A DNA stretch of 64,000 nucleotides from Eledone cirrhosa (Eukaryota), in contig OZ024743.1 in the NCBI GenBank assembly GCA_964016885.1, positions 310,806,001-310,870,000 of the forward strand. Direction: 5' to 3'. The notes below the pieces were generated by a model. It made no database searches, was not told the origin of the DNA, and saw nothing but the letters and a program-made list of their open reading frames with translations. The translations under genes and the position numbers were made by a program. How positions within the stretch are numbered: position 1 is the first letter of the stretch; each line of letters starts with the position of its first letter. Positions 1-12,778 of this stretch are shown one piece after another.

Positions 1-2201
1 CAATGATCATCTCCACACATCTTTTCACAGCAAAATCAATGTTAATGGATGGGTACAGTGACACCACATCCATGCTGCCTATTATGCAGTTGGATAGGCT
101 CCTGTTTTTGTTGCACTCACTGATTCTGCTGAGGAGGTCCTCTGTACTGTCACATACATCTGGGGACATCTTGATTATGGGGCGTATAACCATTGAGAGG
201 AAGTAGGAGATCCTGTAGTTGCTAGCTATATTAGCTCCGCATACGGGTCTTGTTGGTGGTCCTGTTGTCGGGTCGTCGACTGTCTTGTGGTCTTTGCGGA
301 GCCCATACAAGGGTGGTATGCCATTGTTAGACGCCTGGAAGTTGTTGGCAGTGCTTCTGCTTGGCTTTAGGATGTCAGTCCACATCATCATGTGAGCGTT
401 GAGGATTTTTTCTCTCCCATCGTGTGTTTGTTGTGCAAATTCGCTCGTGTTGGTGATGTGGGGTTGCATAGCCTCGATGTAGTTTGGCATGCTATCTATT
501 GACATCCTACCATACTTATCTGTGGGTAGACACACTACCTCACCATCCCTTGTGCGCTGCTTGAGGCTAACCAAGCCTTCTACAGGTTTCTTCCCAAGTT
601 GTTGGGCCTCTGGTCTGCTCTGTCTCTTAGTATACCTGTCTACTATTTGTCTAATCTTATTTCTAGCTATGGTGAACTGTGACTCTGTCTCGTCATCTAT
701 TTGTTGTGGTATGCAAACTCTTTTATTAAAGGGTAACCTCGTAGGATAGATATTACCCATCTTATATGTTTTGTCAGCTGGGTTGAAAAATAGTTTCTCT
801 AAGGGGTTGTCATTATATCTATCGTCATAGTTGTGTGTGTTGCTATTGTTGTTATCAGGGTGGTTGTAGTTGTTTCTATCATTAACATTATTATTATTGT
901 TATGTTTGCTAGATGTATTGTCGTTTACTTCACCGTTATTGTTGTTGTTGTTACTGTTATTTCTACCATTGCGGTTGTTACTTTTATTATGTTTCTTGTT
1001 TTTGTTGTGTCTATCATTGATGTTGCTACATGTACTATTTCCATTATTACCACTGTGGTTATTATTGTTGTTGTTCGTATTGTTACCGTTATTACTACTG
1101 TAGTCGCTGTTGCTGTGTCTGTGGTTAATGTTTCTATTATTATTATTATTGTGGTTGTTGTTGTTCTGTCTATCGCTAGTATTATTACCATTATCACTAT
1201 TTCTCACTTTCCTGCTATTGTTATGGTTATGGCTGTTATTTCTATACCCAGAGTTATTGTTTATATTACTACTACCGTTATTATTGTTGTTGTTGTTTAC
1301 CTTTGCATTCCAACGTATTTTTGTGAAACACTTTTCCAGCTCCGTTTTGCACTCCATAGGGTTAATCTTTTTGTAGATGGCAAATTTTGTTGGTAACCGT
1401 AGGAGTTGTTGTTCTTGTTCACTGATTAAAGTGTTCCCATAGATATTTACTGTGTGGTCATTGGTAAATTCTTCCGGTAGTTTTACATCAGTCATACGGA
1501 TATTGTCGATGTTATCTGGGTATTTTTGAGAATATTCGATTTTCCTTTCTTGTAGTTTTTTTCTTATTCATCCATTCTAATTTCTTCTTGAAATGCCTAT
1601 TGCATTCGTTTCGAGCGTATTTCGTTTCACGTCGGATGGCGCTCATGAAGTTATCTCTCTCGTTTGCTGTGATGAGATTTCGGATTTCCTTACCGTTAAT
1701 GCGTTTCTGCCTGTAGAGTGCGTTGACTTTTGTGTATGTTGTTCTTTTCATATTAACTGTTATTGTGTGTTTTAGCCGTTCGGCTTGTGTTTTGTTCAAT
1801 AATAAATTATTTACTTGTTTTGATATGTTTGTTGTGTATGTTTTGGAGGAAACAGTGTTTTAAGAAGCGGATTTGTTCTGTTGTTATTGTAGTTTTTATA
1901 TAACAGAAAACAGTGTCTTTCAATAACCTTTCAGCTTGGCACAAGCTAATGCCGTAGCGGCGATGAATTAGTTTTGCGAGGTTTTTATATGAAATCGTGT
2001 GTCGAAACAAATATTGTTATACTTGTGTCTATATTGTATCTGTATTATTTTTGACCGCCGGTCAGTCAATGGCAACATTGAGGACCGAGTAAGTTAGATT
2101 ACCGATATAAAAGACAGCGAGAAGCGAAAACCAACCAAACAGTGAGTGTGTTCTGTTATTAATTCTGGCAATATTACACAAATATGACCCTCCCCAAGTA
2201 T

Positions 2202-2209
<8 letters not shown>
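1..2209 (-). mobile_element. Penelope-like element, 5' portion (terminal repeat, frameshifted N-terminus and RT), running off the window edge
   Basis: The minus frame appears open from about 1567 to the left edge, so the ORF track misses it (no stop). It reads ...NLPFNKRVCIP...VVCLPTDKYGRMSI...IPPLYGLRKDHK...PPTRPVCGA...GSMDVVSLYPSI, which are PLE-type RT motifs. Upstream ORFs 1512-1799 and 1807-2010 lie in other frames, implying frameshifts. The 2028-2208 terminus recurs at 19516-19553, 20118-20260 and 56232-56380. Confidence 0.8.
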
Positions 2210-2290
<81 letters not shown>

Positions 2291-2369
2291 GATAAAGATA
2301 ATAATGACAAAAATGAAAGCAAAGGGGGTGAGAAAGAAGAAAAGAAAAGATACCCAAGAAGGGGAGCGA

Positions 2370-2683
2370 CCGGGAATACATTTAAAGCCCATTGGTATAC
2401 ACACCGTTACGCAATGAAACATTCCCAGCACCGTTATGTAACTACCCTTGCAAACAAGACCTGGCAACTGAGGGAAAGTAACCATCAATACACCCTGAAG
2501 TGGAAAAAGTTATCGAACGCGCCCCCATATCGGAGTGGTATGAGAAGCTGTCGATTATGCGACCTTGAGCTGTTCCATATCTTAAGTTCGAAAAATAAGT
2601 TACTCAACAATAAAATCGAAAGATCAATTTATTGTAACCATAGACTCAAAGAGAAGTTTTCGCACTACACATCGAACCCTTAA
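2370..2683 (+). pseudogene. 5'-truncated PLE GIY-YIG endonuclease C-terminal fragment
   Basis: TTLANKTWQL...YTLKWK...PYRSGMRSCRLCDLE...LLNNKIE...CNH aligns by eye to the C-terminus of the 820-aa ORF at 3678-6140. Confidence 0.8.
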
Positions 2684-3677
2684 CCTCTTACTACCAACTG
2701 ACAAACTGCATATACTTAGACTGTATACCCTCTTGTATCTAAAACCTTTAATTACCCACAAAACCAATACATATATCCCCCTCTTCTCCCTCATTCCTCT
2801 TCTATTTCTTCGTTTTCTTCCTTCCTTCCCTCCCCTTCTTGGCTATCTTTTCTTTTCTTCTTGCTCACCCCCTTTGCTTTTATTTTTCTCATTATTATCT
2901 TTATCTTTATTTATATATATATATATATATATATTTATCTCTTTATATCTCCCCCCCTCTCTCTCTCCCCCTCTATCCATCCATCCCACTCTGATCAATT
3001 TAATTCTCTTTAACTCACTACACTCCACGACATGAAGTCTGCTATCAAAACTGACCAAAGAATCCTTCCACCTCTACCCCTCCCTCCATCTCAGTTTGTC
3101 ATTCTACTTCCTACCTCTTCCCCCTTCCTCTCTCTATACTATTCCGTCTGTCCCCTCACCTCCTGATTCCTCTCTCTCTATACGAGTAAATACAATTCCA
3201 AATAAATGTTTTTCTCTATATATTAAGAATTATTTCAAGAGTAACTTACTATTTTGAAAATTTGGACTGTGAACAACAATTATAATTGAGTGGCTGCTAT
3301 TTGCAGTATAGCAATATAAGGTTGCACTTACCAATGAAACGGTCGTAAATACCTGGATAAAATCCTGCTCTTAATGCTTACCTGTGTTTTCTCTTTTATA
3401 CTTTATACTCCAAGATTGAACGGAATTCTTACAAACTTGTGGAGTTACCCCTAACCGTACGTTGAAACCATCCATGAAACTGGCTTTCTTAACCAAAAAC
3501 TGGATCACAATAAACAATTTTTTGCTTCTCTAACTATATATATACATAATTTTGCTCCTATTTTCACGGAAATATTCGTATTTTTGTACTGTATGTGTGT
3601 ATTAATTTTATATTTATGTATATACATATATATGTATGATTTTATAAACCCATATACATTTAGTTGAGCTCTTTCAA

Positions 3678-6140
3678 TTGTCCATCATCCATATCACAAT
3701 GGAAAAACAATATTTGGGAACCTCTTTAAAAAACATACCAATACCTTCTAAGGATGACTTCTTACTCCTTATGATTCAAAAAACTAATAATTTTATCAGA
3801 AGGGTTAGATGGAGAGCCTACCACTTCGATAAAAAATCTAAACAAGCAGATCGGAAATATATGTATGATTTCAATACTTACAAGAATCCACCACACAACT
3901 TTTTACTTGAAGACTTCGAGAGAGACCTTTTTAATTTAATTAAACACCTCAAATTTAAAAAGTATAAATCCGTCTTTCAAAAGGACCTTGATTCTACCCT
4001 ATTGGACCTAAAAAAGTCTAAAAAAATCCATGTCCACTCGGACAAAACTGGTAACTTGTATCATATGGATATTGAACATTATAATGAGTTCATATATAAA
4101 GAACTCAGAAAAAATTATAAAAAATCTAATAATGCGTCACTCACCAACATCAACAACAAAACACACAACATAGTAAAAAAACTAAACATTGAAGATAGAA
4201 CTGAACCTTTGGCATTGAAAAGACCACACTTCAACCTGAAGGATCATAAATCAAACTTTAACTCAAATCCTTCTATTAGACTTATATGTCCCTCCAAATC
4301 AGATATTGGAATAATTAGCAAAAAAATTTTGGATAGAGTCATCCCACAAATAAGAAAACACGTTATTTTACCACTCTGGGAAAACACCTCCCAGGTAATT
4401 AACTGGTTTAAAAATATTAGATGTAAATCTTCTGCTTCATTTCTACAATTTGATATAGATAATTACTATTCTTCTATATCACCTATACTCCTGAACAAAG
4501 CATTGATATTTGCTAAAAATAGATCTAACTTAACTTTGGATGACATTAATATTATTACACATGCTAGACTAACACTTATTGAATTTCAGAATGAATACTG
4601 GACCAGAAACACATATAGTAATCTATTTGATATTACTATGGGTTCAAGCGATTCCGCCCAAATTACTGATCTTGTGGGCCTCTTTCTCCTTTTCAACATA
4701 AATGCCTCCTTTCCCCACCTCAAAGGTGGTTTATATCGTGATGACTGTCTTCTTCTTTCTAACAACCTTAGCCTTTCAGAAATTGAAAAAAACAAAAAAC
4801 ATATTAGAACTTTCCTTAAAGACTATTATAATCTTCATATTACTTTTGAAAAAACAAGTAAAGTAGTAAATTTCCTAGATATAACTTTAGATTTAGCTAC
4901 GGGTATCTACCAACCTTACCATAAACCAAACCAAAACTTACATTACATACACTCACAATCTAATCACCCTAAATCTATCCTTAAAAACCTTGCATATAAT
5001 ATATCACTTAGAATTTCTAACCTTTCTTCTAACCAAGATGTATTTGATAAAAATGCGACCTTCTATAACGAAGCTCTAGATAGAAGTGGCCACAAAAATA
5101 GATTAGAATATATACCTTCTACTAAAAATACTAAAAGCATACAACCTAATATTACCAACAAACACCAAATGAAAAATACACACCTAAATGCCACCCACAC
5201 TATAACCCAAAATACCAAATCTTCTAATATAAAATATAGTAACTCTCAAAAAACTACTCATCATACAACTCTAACAAATATTAATAATAAAACTCCTAAT
5301 AAAAAGGATAAAACACCTAAATCTACAAATATAACTAAAAATGGTTGTGGTGAGATCATTAACATTAATCCTCCTAGTAAACATCACGATACAACCTATA
5401 AAAATAATAAAAATAATAAACAACATAGAAACCGTAATAGAAGGGTTACTTGGTATAATGCTCCATTTAATTTACAAATTAAGGATAATATTGCTAAAAA
5501 ATTTTTTTATATCCTAGAGAAAAACTTCCCGCCAAACCACAAATACCATCAAATCTTAAATAGGTCTACAGTTAAATTCTCATACTCTACAACAAATAAC
5601 ATAAAACAAAGTATAAGTGCCTATAATGCATATAAATGTAAGAAAACCATAAGTATACCACCAGTACATCAAATTAACCATAATATCTCCTCAAATACAG
5701 AATTAACGAAAGGTTGTAACTGTAGAAACAAAGCAAACTGCCCATTAAAAGGGAATTGTCTTGTTAACAACATAGTCTATAAATGTAATGTTAAAACTAA
5801 AGATTCTATTTGCTCATATATAGGAGCTACCTCTAACAATTTTAAGACAAGGTTTAATACCCACAAGCATAGTTTTAAAAATGCCGCACTGGCTAATACA
5901 ACATCTCTAGCAGAAAAAATCAATAGTTATAAAAATAAGAATATAGAATATGATTTGACCTGGAGTGTGCTCAAAAGAGCCACCCCTTATCAAAATAATA
6001 GAAATGAATGTAGATTATGTTCCCAAGAACTATTTGAAATAATGAAATCTAAGGATATCCTATTAAATAAAAGACAGGAATTAATTATATCGTGTAATCA
6101 TAAACTAAAAAAAACATTTAAATATTATAAACCTAATTAA
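3678..6140 (+). CDS. Intact Penelope-like element ORF: reverse transcriptase plus C-terminal GIY-YIG endonuclease (probably Hydra-clade type)
   Basis: Uninterrupted 820-aa ORF; the likely start is the ATG at 3699 (MEKQYLG). RT motifs: SDKTGNLY, LKDHK, FDIDNYYSSI, DITMGS, GLYRDD, FLDITLDL. Then CNC-x5-CPL-x-G-x-C, IVY...YIG...FKTRF..H, CRLC and C-terminal CNH. The clade assignment is inference. Confidence 0.92.
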   Translation: MSIIHITMEKQYLGTSLKNIPIPSKDDFLLLMIQKTNNFIRRVRWRAYHFDKKSKQADRKYMYDFNTYKNPPHNFLLEDFERDLFNLIKHLKFKKYKSVFQKDLDSTLLDLKKSKKIHVHSDKTGNLYHMDIEHYNEFIYKELRKNYKKSNNASLTNINNKTHNIVKKLNIEDRTEPLALKRPHFNLKDHKSNFNSNPSIRLICPSKSDIGIISKKILDRVIPQIRKHVILPLWENTSQVINWFKNIRCKSSASFLQFDIDNYYSSISPILLNKALIFAKNRSNLTLDDINIITHARLTLIEFQNEYWTRNTYSNLFDITMGSSDSAQITDLVGLFLLFNINASFPHLKGGLYRDDCLLLSNNLSLSEIEKNKKHIRTFLKDYYNLHITFEKTSKVVNFLDITLDLATGIYQPYHKPNQNLHYIHSQSNHPKSILKNLAYNISLRISNLSSNQDVFDKNATFYNEALDRSGHKNRLEYIPSTKNTKSIQPNITNKHQMKNTHLNATHTITQNTKSSNIKYSNSQKTTHHTTLTNINNKTPNKKDKTPKSTNITKNGCGEIININPPSKHHDTTYKNNKNNKQHRNRNRRVTWYNAPFNLQIKDNIAKKFFYILEKNFPPNHKYHQILNRSTVKFSYSTTNNIKQSISAYNAYKCKKTISIPPVHQINHNISSNTELTKGCNCRNKANCPLKGNCLVNNIVYKCNVKTKDSICSYIGATSNNFKTRFNTHKHSFKNAALANTTSLAEKINSYKNKNIEYDLTWSVLKRATPYQNNRNECRLCSQELFEIMKSKDILLNKRQELIISCNHKLKKTFKYYKPN

Positions 6141-6594
6141 TAACATTATTTTAGAAATTAATTTAATTTAAATGTTAGTTAACCTATAAATTTAATTTAA
6201 TTAAAATTCTACTACAGATGAGAATATAAAATATTGTGTAATCATAAATTGTGAAAAACCTTTAAATATTACTAATATATACTTAGTAATTTAATTTATA
6301 GATTAATTTTAATTTATTTAAACCTTTTATTAAAATTCCTTTACAGATAAAATATAACAAAATATCGTGTATCCAATGACAGAGAAATAATCTTTAGTAT
6401 TATAGACCTAATTAATATACATTTTAGAAATATATTTATAATTTGGTTTTAAATTTAGTCAACCTAAAAATTTAATTTAATTGGCTTAAAATTAGTATCC
6501 TTATACAGACGGATTGCAGAGTGTCATGTAATCATAGAATGGGATGTGTTTTGGATGTATACCTAGTTAATATATTCTTTGCAATTTTTGAAAA

Positions 6595-6628
6595 AATATG
6601 TATATGTATGTATGTATATGTATGTGTA

Positions 6629-6667
<39 letters not shown>

Positions 6668-7500
6668 GTGTATATATATATATATATATATGTGTGTATG
6701 TATATGTATATGTATATGTATTAATTTTGATTTCTATTTGCATATAATTATATTCTGCTATTGATAAAATACAATATCTGTTTTATTTATTATATACCTA
6801 ATTAACATATACTATAGAAATTAATATATAATTTTTAATTTAGTTAACCTATAATTTATATTCTACTACCGATGTAATACTTTATTTGTTTTTCCCTATT
6901 ACTAAATTCATTTCCTAATATTGATACCATAACGTTAATAACTTTAATTTAGTTATACTATAATTAATACTCTACTACTATTTAACTTCAAAATTCTGCT
7001 TCAAATATTATAAACCTAACTAATTTACACCTTAGAAATCAATATGTTAACTATCTTTAGTTTAGTTAACATATAATTAATGGTATACTTATTTTGAAAT
7101 GCATAAATTTTGCCTTATTTCTTGTATTTCCTAACACTGAAACTATGTAAAAACATACATTGGATCCAGATACAGATAATATTCTATGTTTCTTGAAACA
7201 TATATTTACTATAATCCCCTTCTCCAACCCCCCCCCCCCTTTCCCCCATACTATTATCATCTGTGTTTGTAAGCGTGTATGTATGAATATATATGTAGGT
7301 AGGTGTATATATGTTTGGTTATTTATATCTGAATATAAAATACACATATGCGCATGCAAATAAAAATGTAAGATTGTGTGTATATATATGTGTGTATGTA
7401 TATATATATGTGTATATATGCATGTGTATATATATGTGTATGTGTATATATATATATATATATATGTGTATATTTGTATATGTGTGTGGGCGTGTATGTG

Positions 7501-7541
<41 letters not shown>

Positions 7542-7786
7542 ATGTATGTATGTATATGTATATATATGTGTGTATATATATGTATGTCTCTCTATATATA
7601 TGTCTATCTTCGTATCTATGTGGGTATATGTGTGTATGTACATGTATGCACATGTATGTGTTTATGTGTATATGTGTGTATGTGTATATGTGTGCGTGTG
7701 CGCACATATATATGTGAGTGTGTGTGTGTGTGTGTGTATATGTATATATATATGTATATCTATGTGTGTATATATGTCTATATTCG

Positions 7787-7817
<31 letters not shown>

Positions 7818-8366
7818 TATTTATTATTATAATATAACTTATGTGTATGTGTGTATATGTGAGGGTGTGTATATGTATATATATGTGTATATATATGTGT
7901 AAAAATATATATGTGTATGTGTGTTTTTTGTGTGTGTGTATATATATGTATGTATATATGTGTGTATGTGTGTGTTTGTATGTGTGTTTATGGTTGTATG
8001 TGTGTGTGGGTGTATATATATAAATGTATGTGTATATATATATATATATATGTGTATATGTATCTCTATTAATGTGTGTATATATGTATATGTATATACC
8101 TTTTTCTTTGTATGTCTGAGTTGTGTGAGAGTGTAGTGGTGTTTGTATGTATATACGCATATATGGATGCGTATGTATTTGTATATATGAGTATATGTAA
8201 GTGCGTATGTATGTATGAATATATATCTTTGTCTATGTATGAGTATATATGTGTGTGTATGTATGTTGTGTGTGTATGTATGTATGTGTCTATGTGTGTA
8301 TATATATATGTGTGTATATGTATGTATGTATGTGTATGTATGTACATGTATGTCTATGTATATGTG

Positions 8367-8429
<63 letters not shown>

Positions 8430-8648
8430 CTTTATTTTATATATATATGTGTGTGTGTGTATGTGTGTGTGTGTATATATATCTTTATATATGTGTATAT
8501 GTATGTTCGTGTAGGTGTATGTGTGTGTATGACTATATATGTATGTGTGTATGTGTGTATGTATGTATATGTATGTGTGTGTACATGTATGTATGTGTAT
8601 GTATATGTATGTGTGTATATGTGTATGTGTATATATATATATATATAT

Positions 8649-8680
<32 letters not shown>

Positions 8681-8956
8681 GTATCTCTATTTGTATATGT
8701 ATATGTGTATAGGTATATACCTTTTTCTTTGTATGTCTGAGTTGTGTGAGAGTGTAGTGGTGTTTGTATGTATATACCGATATATGGATGCGTAAGTATT
8801 TGTGTGTATGTATGTGTGTATGTCTGTATGTATTTGTGTGTATATATAGGTATGTATGTGTATATCTGTATGTATATAAGTATGTATGTGTATGTATATG
8901 TGCGTGTACGTGTATATATATGTGTGTCTATATATGTATGTGTGATTATATGTGTA

Positions 8957-8989
<33 letters not shown>

Positions 8990-9077
8990 TTATATGTATG
9001 TGTGTATATGTGTGTATGTGTGTATATGTATATGTTTATATATGTGTGTGTATGTATGTTCTAAGTGTAGATGTGTG

Positions 9078-9156
<79 letters not shown>

Positions 9157-9182
9157 ATATGTATGTGTATATATATATATAT
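6595..9182. repeat. Compound (TA)n/(TG)n/(TATG)n microsatellite region inside the presumed PLE 3' region
   Basis: Directly visible dinucleotide arrays at 6595-6722 and about 7270-9182. They contain an internal duplication of about 75 bp (8100-8175 vs 8721-8795). Confidence 0.95.
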
Positions 9183-9808
9183 TTTCTTGATATATTTCTT
9201 TTTTCTCTTTTTTCTTTTTCTTTTCTTTCCTTTTTAATTTTTATTTTTTATTTCTTAGTTTATAGATACATCTATAAATAAGCAGTCTGCCCAAACCGTT
9301 GAATACTGACCTCTCCCCCCTCCCACCTAATTTCTGTATCTTGATCTAAATGTGTGTGGCAGTGTTTATGTGAGTGAATTAATATCCATGTGCTTATGAT
9401 AATATTATATCCACACATATATATATATGTGTGTGGGGGTATGTGTGTGTGTGTATGTTCGTAATTATGTGTATGTTTATGCATATACGCGCGCGTGTGT
9501 GTGATTGTACGGATATGTGTGAGTATGAGAATATGTGTATACACTTATTTCATATTTATGTGTCTATACGCATCTTATCTGTGCATTATAAACTTACAGA
9601 GACATTAACCTTGAAATTTTGTATTTGCATGCATCTTTTTGGCAAGCGTATGCATGTTGAGCATACATTTTTGTATAAATATGAGTACGGGGTAGTTACA
9701 TGTATATACACACACCGAACTGCATAAAACCTTTTGTATTTTCATTGGTCAATTTTGTTCCCAAACGGACCTGAAATTTTGAATTGTTGTTATTATCAAT
9801 AAATATAT

Positions 9809-9960
9809 TTCATTATTTCTGAAGACGGCGTATATATGTGTTGGTATGTATATTTAATCTTGATAGTTTGTATAATTTTGTATAATTTTATACATAGATC
9901 TGTTGAATATGCATGCCAATTCTAACACATATATCCTAGAAACGATCGTTAAATAATGAA
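9809..9960 (+). ncRNA. Type-I hammerhead ribozyme motif with extended helix II (PLE pseudo-LTR type)
   Basis: Helix I is ttcattattt (9809-18) / aaataatgaa (9951-60), a perfect 10 bp. The core is CTGAAGA (9819-25). Helix II arms are atatatgtgttgg / ctaacacatatat. GAAA-C-GATC-G-TT gives a palindromic helix-III loop and a GUU cleavage triplet. Confidence 0.75.
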
Positions 9961-10014
9961 CTTTTTTTGTTTAGTATAAGGAACTGTTTCATTGTTTTAT
10001 TCATTATTTGTTTA

Positions 10015-10089
<75 letters not shown>

Positions 10090-10164
10090 GAGGAGTAATA
10101 TTGTAGAAAAATAAAACTATGCATATATCAGAAAGGTAGCACTCAACAGTTGGTAGAACTGGTG

Positions 10165-10252
10165 TATATATAATAAAGATGAAATAAAGATGGTTATAAA
10201 AGTTCCATATGGAACTCTTATAACCATCTTTATTTCATCTTTATTATATATA
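10165..10252. repeat. Near-perfect ~88 bp palindrome with no loop
   Basis: tatatataataaagatgaaataaagatggttataaaagttccat | atggaactcttataaccatctttatttcatctttattatatata, with one mismatch. Confidence 0.9.
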
Positions 10253-10260
10253 TATATATA

Positions 10261-10386
10261 CTTTACGATCTGAGTTCAAATCCCGCCGAGGTTGACTTTG
10301 CCTTTCATCCTTACGGGGTCGATAAAATAAAGTACTAGTAATGCACTGGTTAATTGCTGGCCTTGTGCCTAAAGTAGAAACAATTA
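10261..10386 (+). mobile_element. tRNA-derived SINE, 5'-truncated copy
   Basis: B box GAGTTCAAATCC, central gcctttcatccttacggggtcgataaaataaagtac and tail gctggccttgtgcctaaagtagaaacaatt, all shared with about 20 copies in the window. Confidence 0.9.
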
Positions 10387-10398
10387 TATATATATATA

Positions 10399-11401
10399 CT
10401 AGCAGCTGAGCCCGGTTGCACCCGGGGCCACTTTTTATTAAGTTAATAATTTGAAAAATATTATTGAAAGTTTATTATAAAGAAGCAGTATCCGGAAAAA
10501 AATAGAAATATGCACTTGGGGCTGGACGGCGTACAATGACAAGTGGAGCCACGTTAAAAGCGTTGTTTATTAACAGCGAAATAGCAATGTCGATGATATG
10601 CAAGTTTGAAGATGCAGATTATGAAGGTTTGTATGATAGTTTACACTTTCATTGCCCTGGTCAGCAAGAGGGGCCTCTATATATTAGACGTTTATTAGAA
10701 GAGGGGGAAATAACTAACCCCAGTATTAGCACAGGGGGTTCGCAATTTAAGGGTTTTATTTCTTTTGTTAGAAAACCATGACCTTTTTCGGTTTGGCATT
10801 TCGTAAAATTCTACTGCAGAATCGATTTCATAAAACGGTACTGTATGATCGTTATAGAAGTATTTAAATTTAATATAGAGCAACTGTATTTAAAAATGAA
10901 AATGAAACGTACTGTAGAAGGCAACAGTTTATTAACAGCGAAATAACGTTGTCTTTGATATGTTATTTTAAATAAGACAATGAACGCAATTTAAGGGTTT
11001 TATTTCTTTTGATGGAAAACATTGACCGTTTTCGGTTTGGCATTTCGTAAAATGGTACTGCAGAATCGATTTCATAAAACGGTACTGTATGGTAACAGCG
11101 AAAGAAAGTTGTGTTTGATATGTTATGAAAAAATTGATGAGTGTAAAAATTTGTATGAAATTGTAAATAAGACAATGAATATTGAAAGCGACTACGGAAC
11201 AGGGGGAAATAACTCACCGAACGCGATAGTAAATAGACCGTTTTGGGGCTCCAGGGACCACATTTTTCAAGTTAGAGATTTGCTTCCTTGGCACTTTTTA
11301 CATAAGTGAGTAAATTTTGATGTCCGTCCGACCACGTCTACTACCATTTAACCGTGCACAACTGAATTTCAACCACCACCCATTTCACAAATATATATTA
11401 G

Positions 11402-11402
<1 letters not shown>
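10399..11402 (-). mobile_element. Non-autonomous Helitron
   Basis: On the minus strand it begins A|TC at 11402 and ends CTAG|T at 10399. A GC-rich subterminal hairpin (cccgg ttgcac ccggg) lies just inside the 3' end. There is an internal duplication (about 10740-10850 vs 10985-11090). Confidence 0.7.
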
Positions 11403-11438
<36 letters not shown>

Positions 11439-11453
11439 AGTGTGTGTGTATAA

Positions 11454-11638
<185 letters not shown>

Positions 11639-11714
11639 TACCCACTCTACTACCCTAAGTATTGAGCACTTTGGTGCGTTATGGTCCACCTGGTTTCTTA
11701 CCACATTTCCTTCG

Positions 11715-11774
<60 letters not shown>

Positions 11775-12047
11775 CATTTGAGTGTACATGCAAGGTTTGT
11801 GTATGAGAAAAAGAGGGAAAACGAATGAGAAAGAGGAGAGTGAGGGGGGACACCAACTAATTCGCTGATGTTTATGCATGACTGTGTATGTGTATTGGAG
11901 TGTGCATGCAAGTGTCGGAGTCTGTGTAAGTGAGAGACAGAGATGACCAACTATTGAGAATGAGGGAAAAGAGAGAGACACAAACTCATTCCCAAATATA
12001 TATGCATACTTTTGCGTGAGCATTTGGGTTGCTATGCCTATTTGTAT

Positions 12048-12166
<119 letters not shown>

Positions 12167-12778
12167 GATACAAGCTAATTCAGAGATATTTATGCATGCC
12201 TCGTGTGTGCATTTCGTTTTATATGCTTCTGTTTGTGTGATAGAGAGAATTAGGAGGAAAGAGATTATATAAAAAAAAGGACCCCAAGACAGAAAAGATG
12301 GCACTGAATGGACCAACACACATAGAATATTGCTAGAAAAATCGATAGAATTAATTATGTGCGATGTGAATAATGATGAAATATGCTACTGTATGAAGTA
12401 AATAAGGGAAGGAAAAGGGGATAAAAGGTAACTCTAGTACACTTGTAGTATATGATGAAATTAACTCGCTAGTGCAATCCCAACAAATCCATTTAATAGC
12501 AACAATGTTTTTCCTAATTCGTTTTTGCTTCGTGTTCAATTGAATATACAAAAACATCATTATATATGCACGAATTATGTATGCAGTGAGTTAAGTATTT
12601 TTATTACCTATTTGAACGTGACTTGAAACACTGAGATGTCATCAATTATACTTTTAATAGAATATCTGTAAGCGCTCATAAACATTTTCTCTTATACATA
12701 ACAATGTTACTGGATATTTATGAGGGCTAGTGGCTTCATGATTAGGTATGTTGGGCTCCCAATCGTAAGGACGCCAGT

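Noticed and set aside
833-1396. Hydrophobic 187-aa membrane-protein-like ORF
   Set aside because: It is the antisense shadow of the Asn/Thr-rich region of the minus-strand PLE ORF.
6521-9727. Many overlapping ORFs rich in Y/I/C/V/M/H/T
   Set aside because: They are translations of (TA)n/(TG)n microsatellites. The same applies to ORFs near 2062-2488, 11398-12319, 20952-21633, 36824-37135, 46662 and 55565-56176.
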